From: an uncultured Planctomycetia bacterium
GTDB taxonomy: Bacteria > Omnitrophota > Gorgyraeia > 2-02-FULL-51-18
DNA: 64,000 nucleotides
Assembly (NCBI GenBank): GCA_964431835.1
Contig: CAYSKO010000008.1
Span: 26,622-90,621, forward strand
Direction: 5' to 3'
The notes beneath the pieces were generated by a model. The model saw only the letters and a list, made by a program, of their open reading frames with translations. It did no database searches and was not told the origin of the DNA. Position numbers and translations under genes: made by a program. Below, piece after piece: positions 1 to 9,582 of the stretch; positions within the stretch are counted from its first letter, which is position 1; every line of letters begins with the position of its first letter.

Positions 1-7
1 ACGCCAA

Positions 8-3000
8 ATGATCTCTTATCACGTGGAGAGGGGAATTCAGCCGCTCGCCGTCGTCGAGCCGCTCGCCGTGGACAACTACCTACGCGGGTTCGGCTATCGC
101 CTCGCCGACCTCGCGGCGACCCAAAAGATCGGCCTGTCGGGTGGCCGCATCGTTGTAGCTCCGGACGCCGCCGTGCCGCTCACCGAAGATGGGGACGTCG
201 AATACGACACCGCGGACATTCCTCCGCTCACCCCGCGCAACTTGAGCGCGTGGCTTCCGAAGAAGGACGCGTACGTGAAGGACGCAGCGCGGGCACAGGC
301 GATCATCGACGCCATCGCGCGCGCCGACGGAGGGGACGTCTCCCTCGTTGACTCCGGAGCGACCTGGGACACCTTCGAATTGAAATCGCAGCCCGATCTT
401 GTTTTCAAAATAACGAAACTTTCGCCCGGCTTGACCGATTCCCGTTTTTTCTTCGAGGCTCAAGCGGCTGAAATGGGACGTCTGGCCAAAGGAGAAAAAG
501 CACTCACCAAGCAAATTGGAGGATTCGACCTTCTCTCCATCCCGGGTTTCGCGCCGTTCGTTTACGCGGAAGGTTTTTCCAGCGAAGCCGACAGGCCGGT
601 GGGACTCCTTATCCAACAGAAAGGTTCTTACGCTGCGGACCGTGAACTCGACCGCGCACGTACCGCGGCCGAAAGCTCGGGCGTCCAGGGCGGCCCGCTG
701 CGGGCGTCCGACGTCAAATTGGTCGGCGGCCGCGCGGTGGTGGCCGACTTCGACCGCGTGATTTATTCCGGCGCACGTATGTCGGACGCGGCGCAGCGCG
801 TGGAGATTCGCACGTTCGCGGCCGGTTATCTGGAAGGCCGCCCGGACGCCGAGGTCATGCGGAAGCTCGTCGACGCGTACCTGGCTTTCGAGAATCCGCG
901 CAGGGACGCGATCTACAATATCAGCATTGCGTATTACGACGGGATCAATCGCATCCCGGCCGACGCGGAAACGAAAGCGCAGTTCGAGGCGCTCCTGGCG
1001 ATTCTCGAGACCGACGTGAAGCCGCGCGCCGAGGCGGTCAAATATAAGGAACGCCGAATCAACTTTATCGCCAATACGCTGGGGCCCCTTTTCACCGCCT
1101 TCGACGGGCGAGAAGCCACCGCTCCCGAGGCTGCTCCTCAGAAAGCTATTGAAACTCTCGATAAGGAGTTCCGTGCGGGCATCGCCGACTGGCTCACATC
1201 GAACGGCGCTCCGTTCGATGTCGACGTCGCCCGGTGGAACGCGGCCTCGGCGACGGCTGATCCTTCGCTCGCTCCCGAAATCCGCGAAGAGCTCGCCGAT
1301 CTCAAGCTTGCGAAAGACGTCCTGGCGGCCAAAACGGCGGAAGGCGATCCGCGGGAGACCTTCTCCGCTGCGCTTCGTTTCGCGCGGGTCGCTCAAGGCG
1401 CCTATCAGACACTCCTCGGAAAAGCGGGCCGGCGCGGACTTGTCGCGGACACCGCGCGTTACGGCGGCACCGGCGAACTCTTCGGGATTCTGCGGCTGGA
1501 TTTCGGCGGCGACGAAATCCGCCGTCTCGCCGTGCAGCATTCCGACGCGGCCGCTCCGGACGCGATGCGCGTCCTCATACTTTCGGAGATACTCGATACC
1601 CTCGAAACGCTCGACCCCCAAGCGATCGCCGACGACCTCGGTCTGACGGGGGGGCTGAACGTATCCGCATTCCTGAGTGACAAACGCGGCGCGGGAGACG
1701 CTTTATACCGGGCCTACACCGCCCTCGTGACTCTCGGGAAGGACGACGCCGGGCGACCGTTCACGTTCGGAGACATGTCTCCCGAAGCCAAAACCTTCGT
1801 CCGTCAGAGTTTCGGCCGCCATTTCCGCGCGGCGCTCGAGGAATCGGTTCTCGGCAAAAAAGGCGCCATCGGTCAGGAGGGTCTGGCAAGGATCGCGGTG
1901 ATCGACGTGCCGAGGCGTGCCCGTCTCGAAGCGGTCTCGGCCGGTGCGCGCATGGCGGACTCGATCGATTGGGTCGGCCCGTTCCCAGCGTCCGTAAAAC
2001 CCGAGAAACGCGACGCGGTCGCCGCGGCGCTCGTCGACATCGCCAACGGTGCCGACGTGACCGATTTCCGGTTCCTCGCGCACGCGCTGCGTGAGATCGG
2101 CCTCGATCTTCTTTCGGCCGACGCCGCCGCCATCGAGCCGGACGATATCTACGAAACCTTCCGAACCATCCTCGCACGCGCCGCCGCGGGCAAGCTGGGC
2201 GCCGGGACGATGTCGAACGCGCGCAACTACATCCATCATTTCGACGCGATCGCCCCCGCGCTCGCGCGCCTTGCGTATGAGCTTTGGACGGATACAGATC
2301 AGGGCGCCGTCGGGGGTCTTAAAGGCGGCTTGATCGGATCGATCCTCCGGGCGAAGCCCGACACGACGTTTTCGGACGTCGGAACCCTGCCCAAAATGAA
2401 CCAGCTCGATACGGGCAACTTGGATTCTCCGCTCCTGCCTTTCCGCGCGTTGAACGTGCTCGCCGCCGATTCGTCGGTGCAGACGATGTTCGCCGTTAAC
2501 GAAAGCTTCGAGCGGGCGCTTGTGGACGTGCTGACACGTCTCGCCGGTCTCGACGCGGAAAGGCTGACCGAAGCCACCTTTAGGGATCGCTTCGCCGAAG
2601 AAGCGGCCCGTCCGATCGCGGAGCTTGACGGACGCACGTTCAACACGATCTACGCGGAGACGCTCGTCGAACTGGACGAGCGGGCCCGCCGGATGCTCGA
2701 GCAACCCGTCAGTCTCGATTTCGCCTTTCCGTTCGAGGCCGACGCGCCGCTGGCCGCCAACATCGACCGGGTGATCAACGAGCGCTACGGGAATTTCGCG
2801 CAGACGAAGCTTCACAAGCGCTACATCATGAGCCAACTCGACGCACTCGGCGAGAGGGAAGTATCCGCACCGAAGACGGCCGAGCGTCCTTATGGACCCG
2901 CCGCGGACCTCGTGCTCGAATCGCTCGAGAAATACTGGAGGGAAATGGGCCGCCTGTATTCCCGAGAATTGCCGGGCTGGGGCGCGCTCCGCGAGATCCC

Positions 3001-6000
3001 GCTCCGGGACGCACTGCCCTTCATCATCCTTTCCGGGGAACTGCGGCCGAAGTCGTCCGACGGGATCGTCTCGCATGAGCTCGTCCGGATGTTCGGTCTG
3101 GAGCGGGAATCCGCCACGTTCGTCCGCTACGCGCGCGCGCGGGCGGCCGCGGGCGCCGAGCCGCCCGCGGATTTTCTATCCGGCCGCGCTCTCGCGGGCC
3201 TTGCGTCCGGAGCGCGCATGGCGATCACGTTCAAGGGAGTGGAAACCGGCGGCGTGCTCGATAAGGAAGGCCGGGCCATCTTCGAGAGCGTGCTCGCACG
3301 CGCGGTCTACCTGACCGGCTGGGACAATTTCGAGCTCTTCTCACGGACGCTCGACCGGATGTTCGACGCCGAGGGCCGGCCGCTCCTCAGTCTCGACGAG
3401 ATCAAGAACGCTTCCGACGACTTCCTCATCGAAAAACTGCGCGAGGGAATCGCCGGCCAAATCGACGATTATGGAGCCTACGCGCGTTCGAGCCAGCTTT
3501 TTCAGTTCGAAGGGGACTCGAATCGCTTCATTAATCCGTACGTCGGATCCGAAGCGCTCGCGATCCTGCGCGCTTTGACGTCCCTCGCGTCTTATTCGGA
3601 TTCGGCCGGCCGCTCGCCGAGAACGCCGGCGGAGATCGCGGCGGTGCTGGAAGCGCTGCGCATCGGCAGGGTCGAGGAAGGACTCAAGACGATCAAGGAC
3701 GACGCCTCGTACCGCGCCCGCGTGCGCGTCCTCGATCCGACCCTCGTCTACGCAGGGTTCATCAAAGCCGGCGGCTTCGGAGACGTCGTGAAAGTATACA
3801 AGAACGGGAAACCCCACGCGCTCAAGCTTCCTGGCGGAGCGTACATGACGGGACTGTACACCGAGGCCGATCGCCGGAACGCCGCGACGGGCATCCAAGA
3901 GACGGTCGCGTTCGCCGAGACCATCATGAAGGGGGGCGAGAAGACGGCGGAGCTTCGCAAGTTCCTGCCGGTTCTCGTCGAAGCGTTCGGAGCCGACTGG
4001 AAAGAGGGCGATACGAAGGACCCAGCGATCCTCATGGAATTCATCGACTTCGACGCGATTCCCGAAGCCGAAAAATGGATTTTTGGGGGCGCGACGCCAC
4101 AGGAGCGGCTCGATCGCCTCCGGCAGACGGCCGAAAAGTTCAGGGAGCTCCAGAGTCTGATGATCGCGAGCACGGGACAGTACATCTTCGACGACCGAAT
4201 CAGCAACTTCAACGTGGAAGTCGAAAAAGACCCCTCGGGACGTGAAGCGATCAAGCGGCTCATCCTGCTCGATTTCGGTCTCACGCGACCCTATGTCGCG
4301 CCCGAGCAGGCTACCGATGACAACCTCGCGACCACCCTCCCGATCAATCCTTTTTCCAAAACCAGCCTGATGGCGCGCGCCAGCCGCGTGCGGCGGGCCG
4401 TGCCAGAAGGGGTGTTGAGCGCAGACCAGGCGGCAGAAAAATTGAGCCAGACGGACCCTGTGCTTCTGGAATCGCTCGGCGATTTCGAGCTTTTCCCCCA
4501 GAACGAACGCGCGACGCTTGTCAAAAACGCCGATTGGACGCCGGTGATCGCGGCCGAGTGGCTCAGCCGGGAGATCGAGCTCCTGCAGTTTTTCCCGACC
4601 GAGCGCTTCGAGCACGACCTCGGGGAGATGATCTCCTCCAAGGCGGAGAATGCGATCAAATACCTTCTTACTCTGCGCCCCGCGAAGGACGGAAACGGAA
4701 AGAACAAGCGGGCTTCGGTCACGCTGCGAGAACTGGATCTGCGGATCGATGCCGTGGACGGCAAACAGGTGATCTACGCTAAGGGGCTCGAGATCGGAAG
4801 CTTGTCCGACACCGCTTACGTCCCGAACGTGGCGAACCTCGTCGCGGCGCTGGGGTCGCTCGACAACAAGCCTGCTGGAGCGCGGATGGCGGACGAGGAT
4901 TTTTCAGGAAAGGTGAAAAACGCTTTTACGTCCGCGCGACAGGCGCTCTCTTCGGAGGGGCATCTCGATGCGCAGGCGGCGGAAATTCTCGATTTCCTCG
5001 AGAGCCGGTACGCGGGCGAAGATTTCAAGGCCGCACGAGCGGCTCAGGCACGGCTGTCCGATTTGGTTTCTGCGGAGCAAGGGACGGGGCGCCGCGACGC
5101 TCTGAAAGCAGCACTCGGCTTGGTCGCGCCTATACTGGGACTCTTCGCTACGGACATCAGCGCCCGTATTGCTCGGCGCAAGAAGGAATATGCGGCCGCG
5201 CTCGACGTGAGCGCTCTACCGGCCGCGGATTTCTCGGCCTACAGTTTCACGGGAAAGACGGAAGAAAGCGCCTATCGGTTCTTCGTAGCGACCCCCGTAT
5301 CCGGAGGTCCCATCGACATTCTTAAGATCGGGGAGGTGCGCCGCGAGGCGATCTTTCTCGACCGGGTGCGCCGAGAGTTTCCCTCCGTGGCGCCGTTCAT
5401 CCCCGTATTCAAGGGCTATGGAGTGCTCACCGACGTCGACGCGATGCGGCTCGGGGATCCCACTATGAAAGGTCGCCCGTACATGATTACCAGCCGCGCG
5501 GAGGGAAAACGATTCGAGCTGACCTTATTCGAATTGAGCAAAGGAAGCATCGGGGAGGACGAGGCGCTCGGCGCTCATCTGGCCGCCGCGCGGGCGATCG
5601 CCCGGCTCCATGCCGCCGGAATTGCCCATCGAGACCTGAAGGACAGGGAAGTTTTTGTAAATCCGGTCACGGGCAGGGCGACGATCGTGGATTTCGGCAT
5701 CTCGGCGATCTTAGGGGACGCGACCCGCGGCGAAGAGGACCTGGTGAAGGGGGAGCTGCATCAGATAGGAACCAGCGTGAGCGGGCGAGGAAAAGGTTCG
5801 TTGAACCGGGACGTGCGCGCGCTCGTGAGCTTGCTGGAACAGATCGTCTTCGCCGCGAACCAGTCTGCCGGTCGAGACGGGCGCGAGTCGCTTATCCGGA
5901 GACTAGCTCTCGAAGAATTCGGTCTGCAGGCCAAAAAAGCGTTGGTGTTAGCGCAGGAAAACGACGCCGCGCCGGCATACGGCATCGGCGAATTACTGGC

Positions 6001-9000
6001 CGACCTGGAAAAACTTTATGCGTCGTTTAAGGCCGCGGAAATCGCGCGGGCCGCGCGAATGGCCGATCCGAACGGGACGCCGGTAACCCCCGATAGTCTG
6101 CGCGCGTCCGTCGGAGCGCTGCGGACAGCTCCGGACCCCGCGGCCTGGAAAACTGCCGCCGAGGATTTGGCCGCGCGCGTGACTGCCGCGACGCCCGAGG
6201 CGCTGGACTTGAAGTTGTACGAGCGCTCGCCCGCGGTCGACGAAGCGCTGTCCGCCCTGCTCGACGCCTACCGCGACGCGCGGTCAGGCCGCGAGCTCCG
6301 GAATACGATCCGCGCGGCGCTGTACTCCGCGCTCGGACGAAACCATACGCTTGCGCCGCTTTACATCGAAGCCCTCGATCGCCTTTACGTGGATAAGGAA
6401 GACGCCGACGACGAGCAGACAAAGGCCAGGCTCGAAGAGGTTTACGCGCGTCTCGGCGTGGTCGTAGAAGGTCACAGCGAGATCTACGCCAGGATACAAG
6501 AATTTGAGACGGTCTATAGCGCGACCGCCGTCGCCGTGACCGCGCTTAAGGGAGTCGAATGGGAGAAGGCCCGCGATCTCTACGGTCTTCCCGGCGAACC
6601 CGGAGACTATGAGCTCCTCGGGCTTAGGGCCCGTTATTATCTGGGCTTGGCCAATAACTCGCTCAATCGCAGAGCGATTCTCAATAAGCCGGGTGATTCC
6701 GAAAAAGCTCGGGTCATGACGCAGCTCGTCCAGGAGTTCCGGGCGAAGGTCCGCGACTCGGAAAAAGAACATGAAAGGGAGCTTCCTGAGGAGGGTGAGG
6801 CCCCCGTAGAGCTTACCCTGCGATTCATCGGCGATATCCAGGCGATCGCCGCGGTCTATTCGCGGCTCGTCGAGCTGTTGCTCCGGGCGGACGCCGAAAA
6901 GGCCGAAGAGCTGCCCCGACTGCAGAGTGGGCTCTATTCCGGCGACGCCGAAGCGGCGCGGCATCTTCTCTGGCTGTCCAAATTCGGCAGTGCGCCGGCG
7001 ATCGCCGCGCTTCGGTTTGCGGGGGCTCCGACGAAAACCGCTGAAGTGGAGTGGGCCCAGACGAACCGTGAGCTCGACGAGCGTCTCGATATCTCCGGTG
7101 CCCGTGTAGCCGATCCGAAGGAGCTTCTGGCGGTCGCGGCGGATAAATCGAAGCCGATCGATGAGCGAAAACACGCGCTGACAACCCTCGCCGAGGTCGG
7201 GCAAGCTGCCGCCGTCGTCGTCACCCAAATAGAAGCGATCCGGATCGATCCCACGGAAGACAACGCACTCAGAGGGCTTGCGTACCTGGCGATCCGTTCG
7301 TACGAAGTGGCCGTGGAAAAAACGGTGCCGGAAGTTCCCGGCCCGGCCGCGCCGGTGCGTCTCGACGATCCTGACCGGCGGAACGCGGCACTGGCTCGCT
7401 GGGAAGGAAAATCGATCAGCCGCGTGAATTTCCTCAATGATCCACGAAACACGGCCGTCGTTTACCGCATGGCCAACCGCGCGGGAAAAGAGCGGAACCT
7501 CCATTTGGGCTGGGCGTTCGAAGTGGACGACGGTGTGCACAAGCCAATCACCGAACCTGAATTGCGCAACCCCGCCGCGATCGAGGCCGTGAACGCGGTC
7601 TTCGTCGAAGCCTTCCGGGAGACCGTGCAAGCCTACGATTGGCAAGACGTGCGCTGGAGCCTCGTCGTCGAAGGCAGTAGCGGATTCGGACTCGAGGCGG
7701 GCGCTTCTCTGGGAATCCGGGCGAGCTCCGTCAACGAGGTGTTGCCCCTTCTCCAGGCGCTCCAGTCTGGCGACGAAGCGAGGATCCGCCGAAATGCGGC
7801 GTTCTTCACGGCGTCGCTCGCGCACGAGTTCGCGCACAACCACCGGGACGAAGCGGCGGGTTTCTCGATGGCCCGCGAACGTGAGGTCGTCTCCCAGATG
7901 GCACAATTTTTATTCAACCCCGCCGAGAACGCGATTTTCAACGAATCGGTCGCGGCGGATCTGGATAAACTCCGGGTTCCCGTCGCGGGGCGGTCTCCGA
8001 AAGAAGCCTTCAATTACGAGTACTACGAAGCGATGCGGATCGCACTTGTTCTCGTGGCGGATCTCGCGCTTTCGTCCCGGGGCGAGTTCCCTGAAATAGC
8101 GGCGGAGGCGGACCGGTTGAAAGAAGGGGACGAGCTCGACGCCCTAAAAGTGTTCGCCGCGTCTTTCGAAAAGCTTCCCCGCGACCGGGCGGCCGCCATT
8201 TTCCGATCTGCCATGGATGCCTTCCTTCCCCTCAATCAGAAAGCGCTACGGGAACGCTATCCTGAGTCGCGCGACCGGGTTTTCGCGTCATCGGGGGCGC
8301 GGCTGGCGGCAGCGGATTCCGCATCGTCCGCTCAGGCCGACGCGCCGGCGGATAGACCCGCCCCCGCATCGGCGATCGAAGCGCTCGCCGCCGGGGAAAC
8401 AGGCGCCGCGCGCGCGGGCGGCCGCGGGCGTGAAACCACGTTCGCCGCCGCCTCTCCGGCCGAGCGTTTCCTCGAGAAGGCGGGTATCACGCTTCCAGCG
8501 AACCCTCCGAACGCCGAGCGTGTCCGTGAAAGCGCCGCCGCCGAGTCTGGCTTCCTTTCGCGTATTCGATGGGCAAGCGGTATGCTCGTTCCTTACGCGT
8601 TCGCGGAACAGGCCGCGGTCGTACGTCAAAACGGAGCGAGGCTGGCCGTTTCCGCACCGGACGGCACGCCGATCGCCGACGTCGAAATGCAATCAGCGCG
8701 CCCGGCGGCGGTTCCCACTCTTGCCGCCCAACCCAAATCCATCCCCGACTACCTCAGGGAATTCGACGGCGCCACAACCCGCGTCGAAGAAGCCATGCTT
8801 CTCGCCTTCGGAGCCGAAGGCTTGGAGACCTTGACGGCCGAGCCCCGCTCGATCGCCATCGACATCGGCGTCCTTCCGGCGAAGCGTCCCGAGTACTTAG
8901 AGAACCTCTTCGTCCAGCTTCTTGCGATGCGCGCGCGTCCCGTGGCCGCCAACGTCTCGTTCCGCCTGACGGGCCCCGGCGTCCAGGAAGCGCTCGCTTC

Positions 9001-9457
9001 GTCCGACTTGGCACGCCAGCTCGTACGGAAGGGAATTATCGACCAGACGCCCGATCCCAAGCTTAAGACCGCCGAGATCGCAGGTATAAACCGCATCGAA
9101 TCCCTCTCAGGTGAGACCTACCTGCCTTTCCGGGCGGTCGAGATCACGGACAAGGAAGCGGGAGTACCGAAGTGGCAGGCGATGATCCTTCTTGCCGTCA
9201 TGGCCTCCGAGATCGGGAAGAAGACCGAAGACCCCGTTCTCCTCAGGCAGTTCTACGAGGCTTACCGCGACGTCTCGGGCCTTTCGGTCGAGAAGCTAGA
9301 GCCTGCGAAGCTCCTAGAAGCTTTAAAGGCGTTCCTCACGGGTACGGCATCCAAATCCTTGGCCGAGGACTACGCGATGCGCGCCGCCCCCATCGACATC
9401 AACCGTATCATCCAGCTCTTCAGCAACATCAAGCGCATTGTGGCGTCGGCCGCGTAA
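8..9457 (+). CDS. Giant multidomain protein A, 5'-truncated by the window edge (>=3149 aa). Contains a eukaryotic-like protein kinase domain, a second kinase-like catalytic core, an HExxH metallopeptidase-like motif and the shared C-terminal module.
   Basis: The + frame is open from the window edge to TAA at 9455-9457, with strong GC3 codon bias throughout. ePK glycine loop plus AxK, GFIKAGGFGDVVKVY...HALKL (nt ~3755-3826), followed by LLDFGLTRPYVAPEQ (4268-4310). HRDLK at 5627-5641 and DFG at 5690-5698. HEFAH at 7823-7837. Five G/A-A-R-M-A/S motifs. The last ~240 aa are identical to the C-terminus of protein B. Confidence 0.8.
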   Translation: MISYHVERGIQPLAVVEPLAVDNYLRGFGYRLADLAATQKIGLSGGRIVVAPDAAVPLTEDGDVEYDTADIPPLTPRNLSAWLPKKDAYVKDAARAQAIIDAIARADGGDVSLVDSGATWDTFELKSQPDLVFKITKLSPGLTDSRFFFEAQAAEMGRLAKGEKALTKQIGGFDLLSIPGFAPFVYAEGFSSEADRPVGLLIQQKGSYAADRELDRARTAAESSGVQGGPLRASDVKLVGGRAVVADFDRVIYSGARMSDAAQRVEIRTFAAGYLEGRPDAEVMRKLVDAYLAFENPRRDAIYNISIAYYDGINRIPADAETKAQFEALLAILETDVKPRAEAVKYKERRINFIANTLGPLFTAFDGREATAPEAAPQKAIETLDKEFRAGIADWLTSNGAPFDVDVARWNAASATADPSLAPEIREELADLKLAKDVLAAKTAEGDPRETFSAALRFARVAQGAYQTLLGKAGRRGLVADTARYGGTGELFGILRLDFGGDEIRRLAVQHSDAAAPDAMRVLILSEILDTLETLDPQAIADDLGLTGGLNVSAFLSDKRGAGDALYRAYTALVTLGKDDAGRPFTFGDMSPEAKTFVRQSFGRHFRAALEESVLGKKGAIGQEGLARIAVIDVPRRARLEAVSAGARMADSIDWVGPFPASVKPEKRDAVAAALVDIANGADVTDFRFLAHALREIGLDLLSADAAAIEPDDIYETFRTILARAAAGKLGAGTMSNARNYIHHFDAIAPALARLAYELWTDTDQGAVGGLKGGLIGSILRAKPDTTFSDVGTLPKMNQLDTGNLDSPLLPFRALNVLAADSSVQTMFAVNESFERALVDVLTRLAGLDAERLTEATFRDRFAEEAARPIAELDGRTFNTIYAETLVELDERARRMLEQPVSLDFAFPFEADAPLAANIDRVINERYGNFAQTKLHKRYIMSQLDALGEREVSAPKTAERPYGPAADLVLESLEKYWREMGRLYSRELPGWGALREIPLRDALPFIILSGELRPKSSDGIVSHELVRMFGLERESATFVRYARARAAAGAEPPADFLSGRALAGLASGARMAITFKGVETGGVLDKEGRAIFESVLARAVYLTGWDNFELFSRTLDRMFDAEGRPLLSLDEIKNASDDFLIEKLREGIAGQIDDYGAYARSSQLFQFEGDSNRFINPYVGSEALAILRALTSLASYSDSAGRSPRTPAEIAAVLEALRIGRVEEGLKTIKDDASYRARVRVLDPTLVYAGFIKAGGFGDVVKVYKNGKPHALKLPGGAYMTGLYTEADRRNAATGIQETVAFAETIMKGGEKTAELRKFLPVLVEAFGADWKEGDTKDPAILMEFIDFDAIPEAEKWIFGGATPQERLDRLRQTAEKFRELQSLMIASTGQYIFDDRISNFNVEVEKDPSGREAIKRLILLDFGLTRPYVAPEQATDDNLATTLPINPFSKTSLMARASRVRRAVPEGVLSADQAAEKLSQTDPVLLESLGDFELFPQNERATLVKNADWTPVIAAEWLSREIELLQFFPTERFEHDLGEMISSKAENAIKYLLTLRPAKDGNGKNKRASVTLRELDLRIDAVDGKQVIYAKGLEIGSLSDTAYVPNVANLVAALGSLDNKPAGARMADEDFSGKVKNAFTSARQALSSEGHLDAQAAEILDFLESRYAGEDFKAARAAQARLSDLVSAEQGTGRRDALKAALGLVAPILGLFATDISARIARRKKEYAAALDVSALPAADFSAYSFTGKTEESAYRFFVATPVSGGPIDILKIGEVRREAIFLDRVRREFPSVAPFIPVFKGYGVLTDVDAMRLGDPTMKGRPYMITSRAEGKRFELTLFELSKGSIGEDEALGAHLAAARAIARLHAAGIAHRDLKDREVFVNPVTGRATIVDFGISAILGDATRGEEDLVKGELHQIGTSVSGRGKGSLNRDVRALVSLLEQIVFAANQSAGRDGRESLIRRLALEEFGLQAKKALVLAQENDAAPAYGIGELLADLEKLYASFKAAEIARAARMADPNGTPVTPDSLRASVGALRTAPDPAAWKTAAEDLAARVTAATPEALDLKLYERSPAVDEALSALLDAYRDARSGRELRNTIRAALYSALGRNHTLAPLYIEALDRLYVDKEDADDEQTKARLEEVYARLGVVVEGHSEIYARIQEFETVYSATAVAVTALKGVEWEKARDLYGLPGEPGDYELLGLRARYYLGLANNSLNRRAILNKPGDSEKARVMTQLVQEFRAKVRDSEKEHERELPEEGEAPVELTLRFIGDIQAIAAVYSRLVELLLRADAEKAEELPRLQSGLYSGDAEAARHLLWLSKFGSAPAIAALRFAGAPTKTAEVEWAQTNRELDERLDISGARVADPKELLAVAADKSKPIDERKHALTTLAEVGQAAAVVVTQIEAIRIDPTEDNALRGLAYLAIRSYEVAVEKTVPEVPGPAAPVRLDDPDRRNAALARWEGKSISRVNFLNDPRNTAVVYRMANRAGKERNLHLGWAFEVDDGVHKPITEPELRNPAAIEAVNAVFVEAFRETVQAYDWQDVRWSLVVEGSSGFGLEAGASLGIRASSVNEVLPLLQALQSGDEARIRRNAAFFTASLAHEFAHNHRDEAAGFSMAREREVVSQMAQFLFNPAENAIFNESVAADLDKLRVPVAGRSPKEAFNYEYYEAMRIALVLVADLALSSRGEFPEIAAEADRLKEGDELDALKVFAASFEKLPRDRAAAIFRSAMDAFLPLNQKALRERYPESRDRVFASSGARLAAADSASSAQADAPADRPAPASAIEALAAGETGAARAGGRGRETTFAAASPAERFLEKAGITLPANPPNAERVRESAAAESGFLSRIRWASGMLVPYAFAEQAAVVRQNGARLAVSAPDGTPIADVEMQSARPAAVPTLAAQPKSIPDYLREFDGATTRVEEAMLLAFGAEGLETLTAEPRSIAIDIGVLPAKRPEYLENLFVQLLAMRARPVAANVSFRLTGPGVQEALASSDLARQLVRKGIIDQTPDPKLKTAEIAGINRIESLSGETYLPFRAVEITDKEAGVPKWQAMILLAVMASEIGKKTEDPVLLRQFYEAYRDVSGLSVEKLEPAKLLEALKAFLTGTASKSLAEDYAMRAAPIDINRIIQLFSNIKRIVASAA
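8734..9453 (+). repeat. Copy 1 of a 720-bp perfect direct repeat; encodes the shared C-terminal ~240-aa module of giant protein A.
   Basis: Base-by-base comparison with 28764-29483 (offset exactly 20030 nt) shows no mismatches. Identity begins at aaatccatccccgactacctc and ends one codon before the stop (GCG TAA here, GCT TGA in copy 2). Confidence 0.9.
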
Positions 9458-9507
9458 CCGATTTTCATAACCCTATCATTTTAAATGGGATACGGAACTC
9501 TTTTCCT

Positions 9508-9536
9508 TTGATCCACTCGCCCTCCTAGTGTATACT
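9508..9536 (+). promoter_or_regulatory. Sigma70-like promoter for giant gene B: TTGATC-N17-TATACT.
   Basis: TTGATC at 9508-9513, a 17-nt spacer, then TATACT at 9531-9536. It sits in a ~125-nt AT-rich island (9458-9582) within an otherwise ~65% GC region. A second TATAAT lies at 9543-9548. Confidence 0.5.
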
Positions 9537-9582
9537 TTTACTTATAATCGCTTAAAATAATGTTATCAGAGTTAATAAAATT

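Noticed and set aside
8734-9453. The 720-bp repeat as an insertion sequence or mobile element.
   Set aside because: It has no transposase, no terminal inverted repeats, and is in-frame coding for the C-termini of both genes. It is better explained as a duplicated or gene-converted domain.
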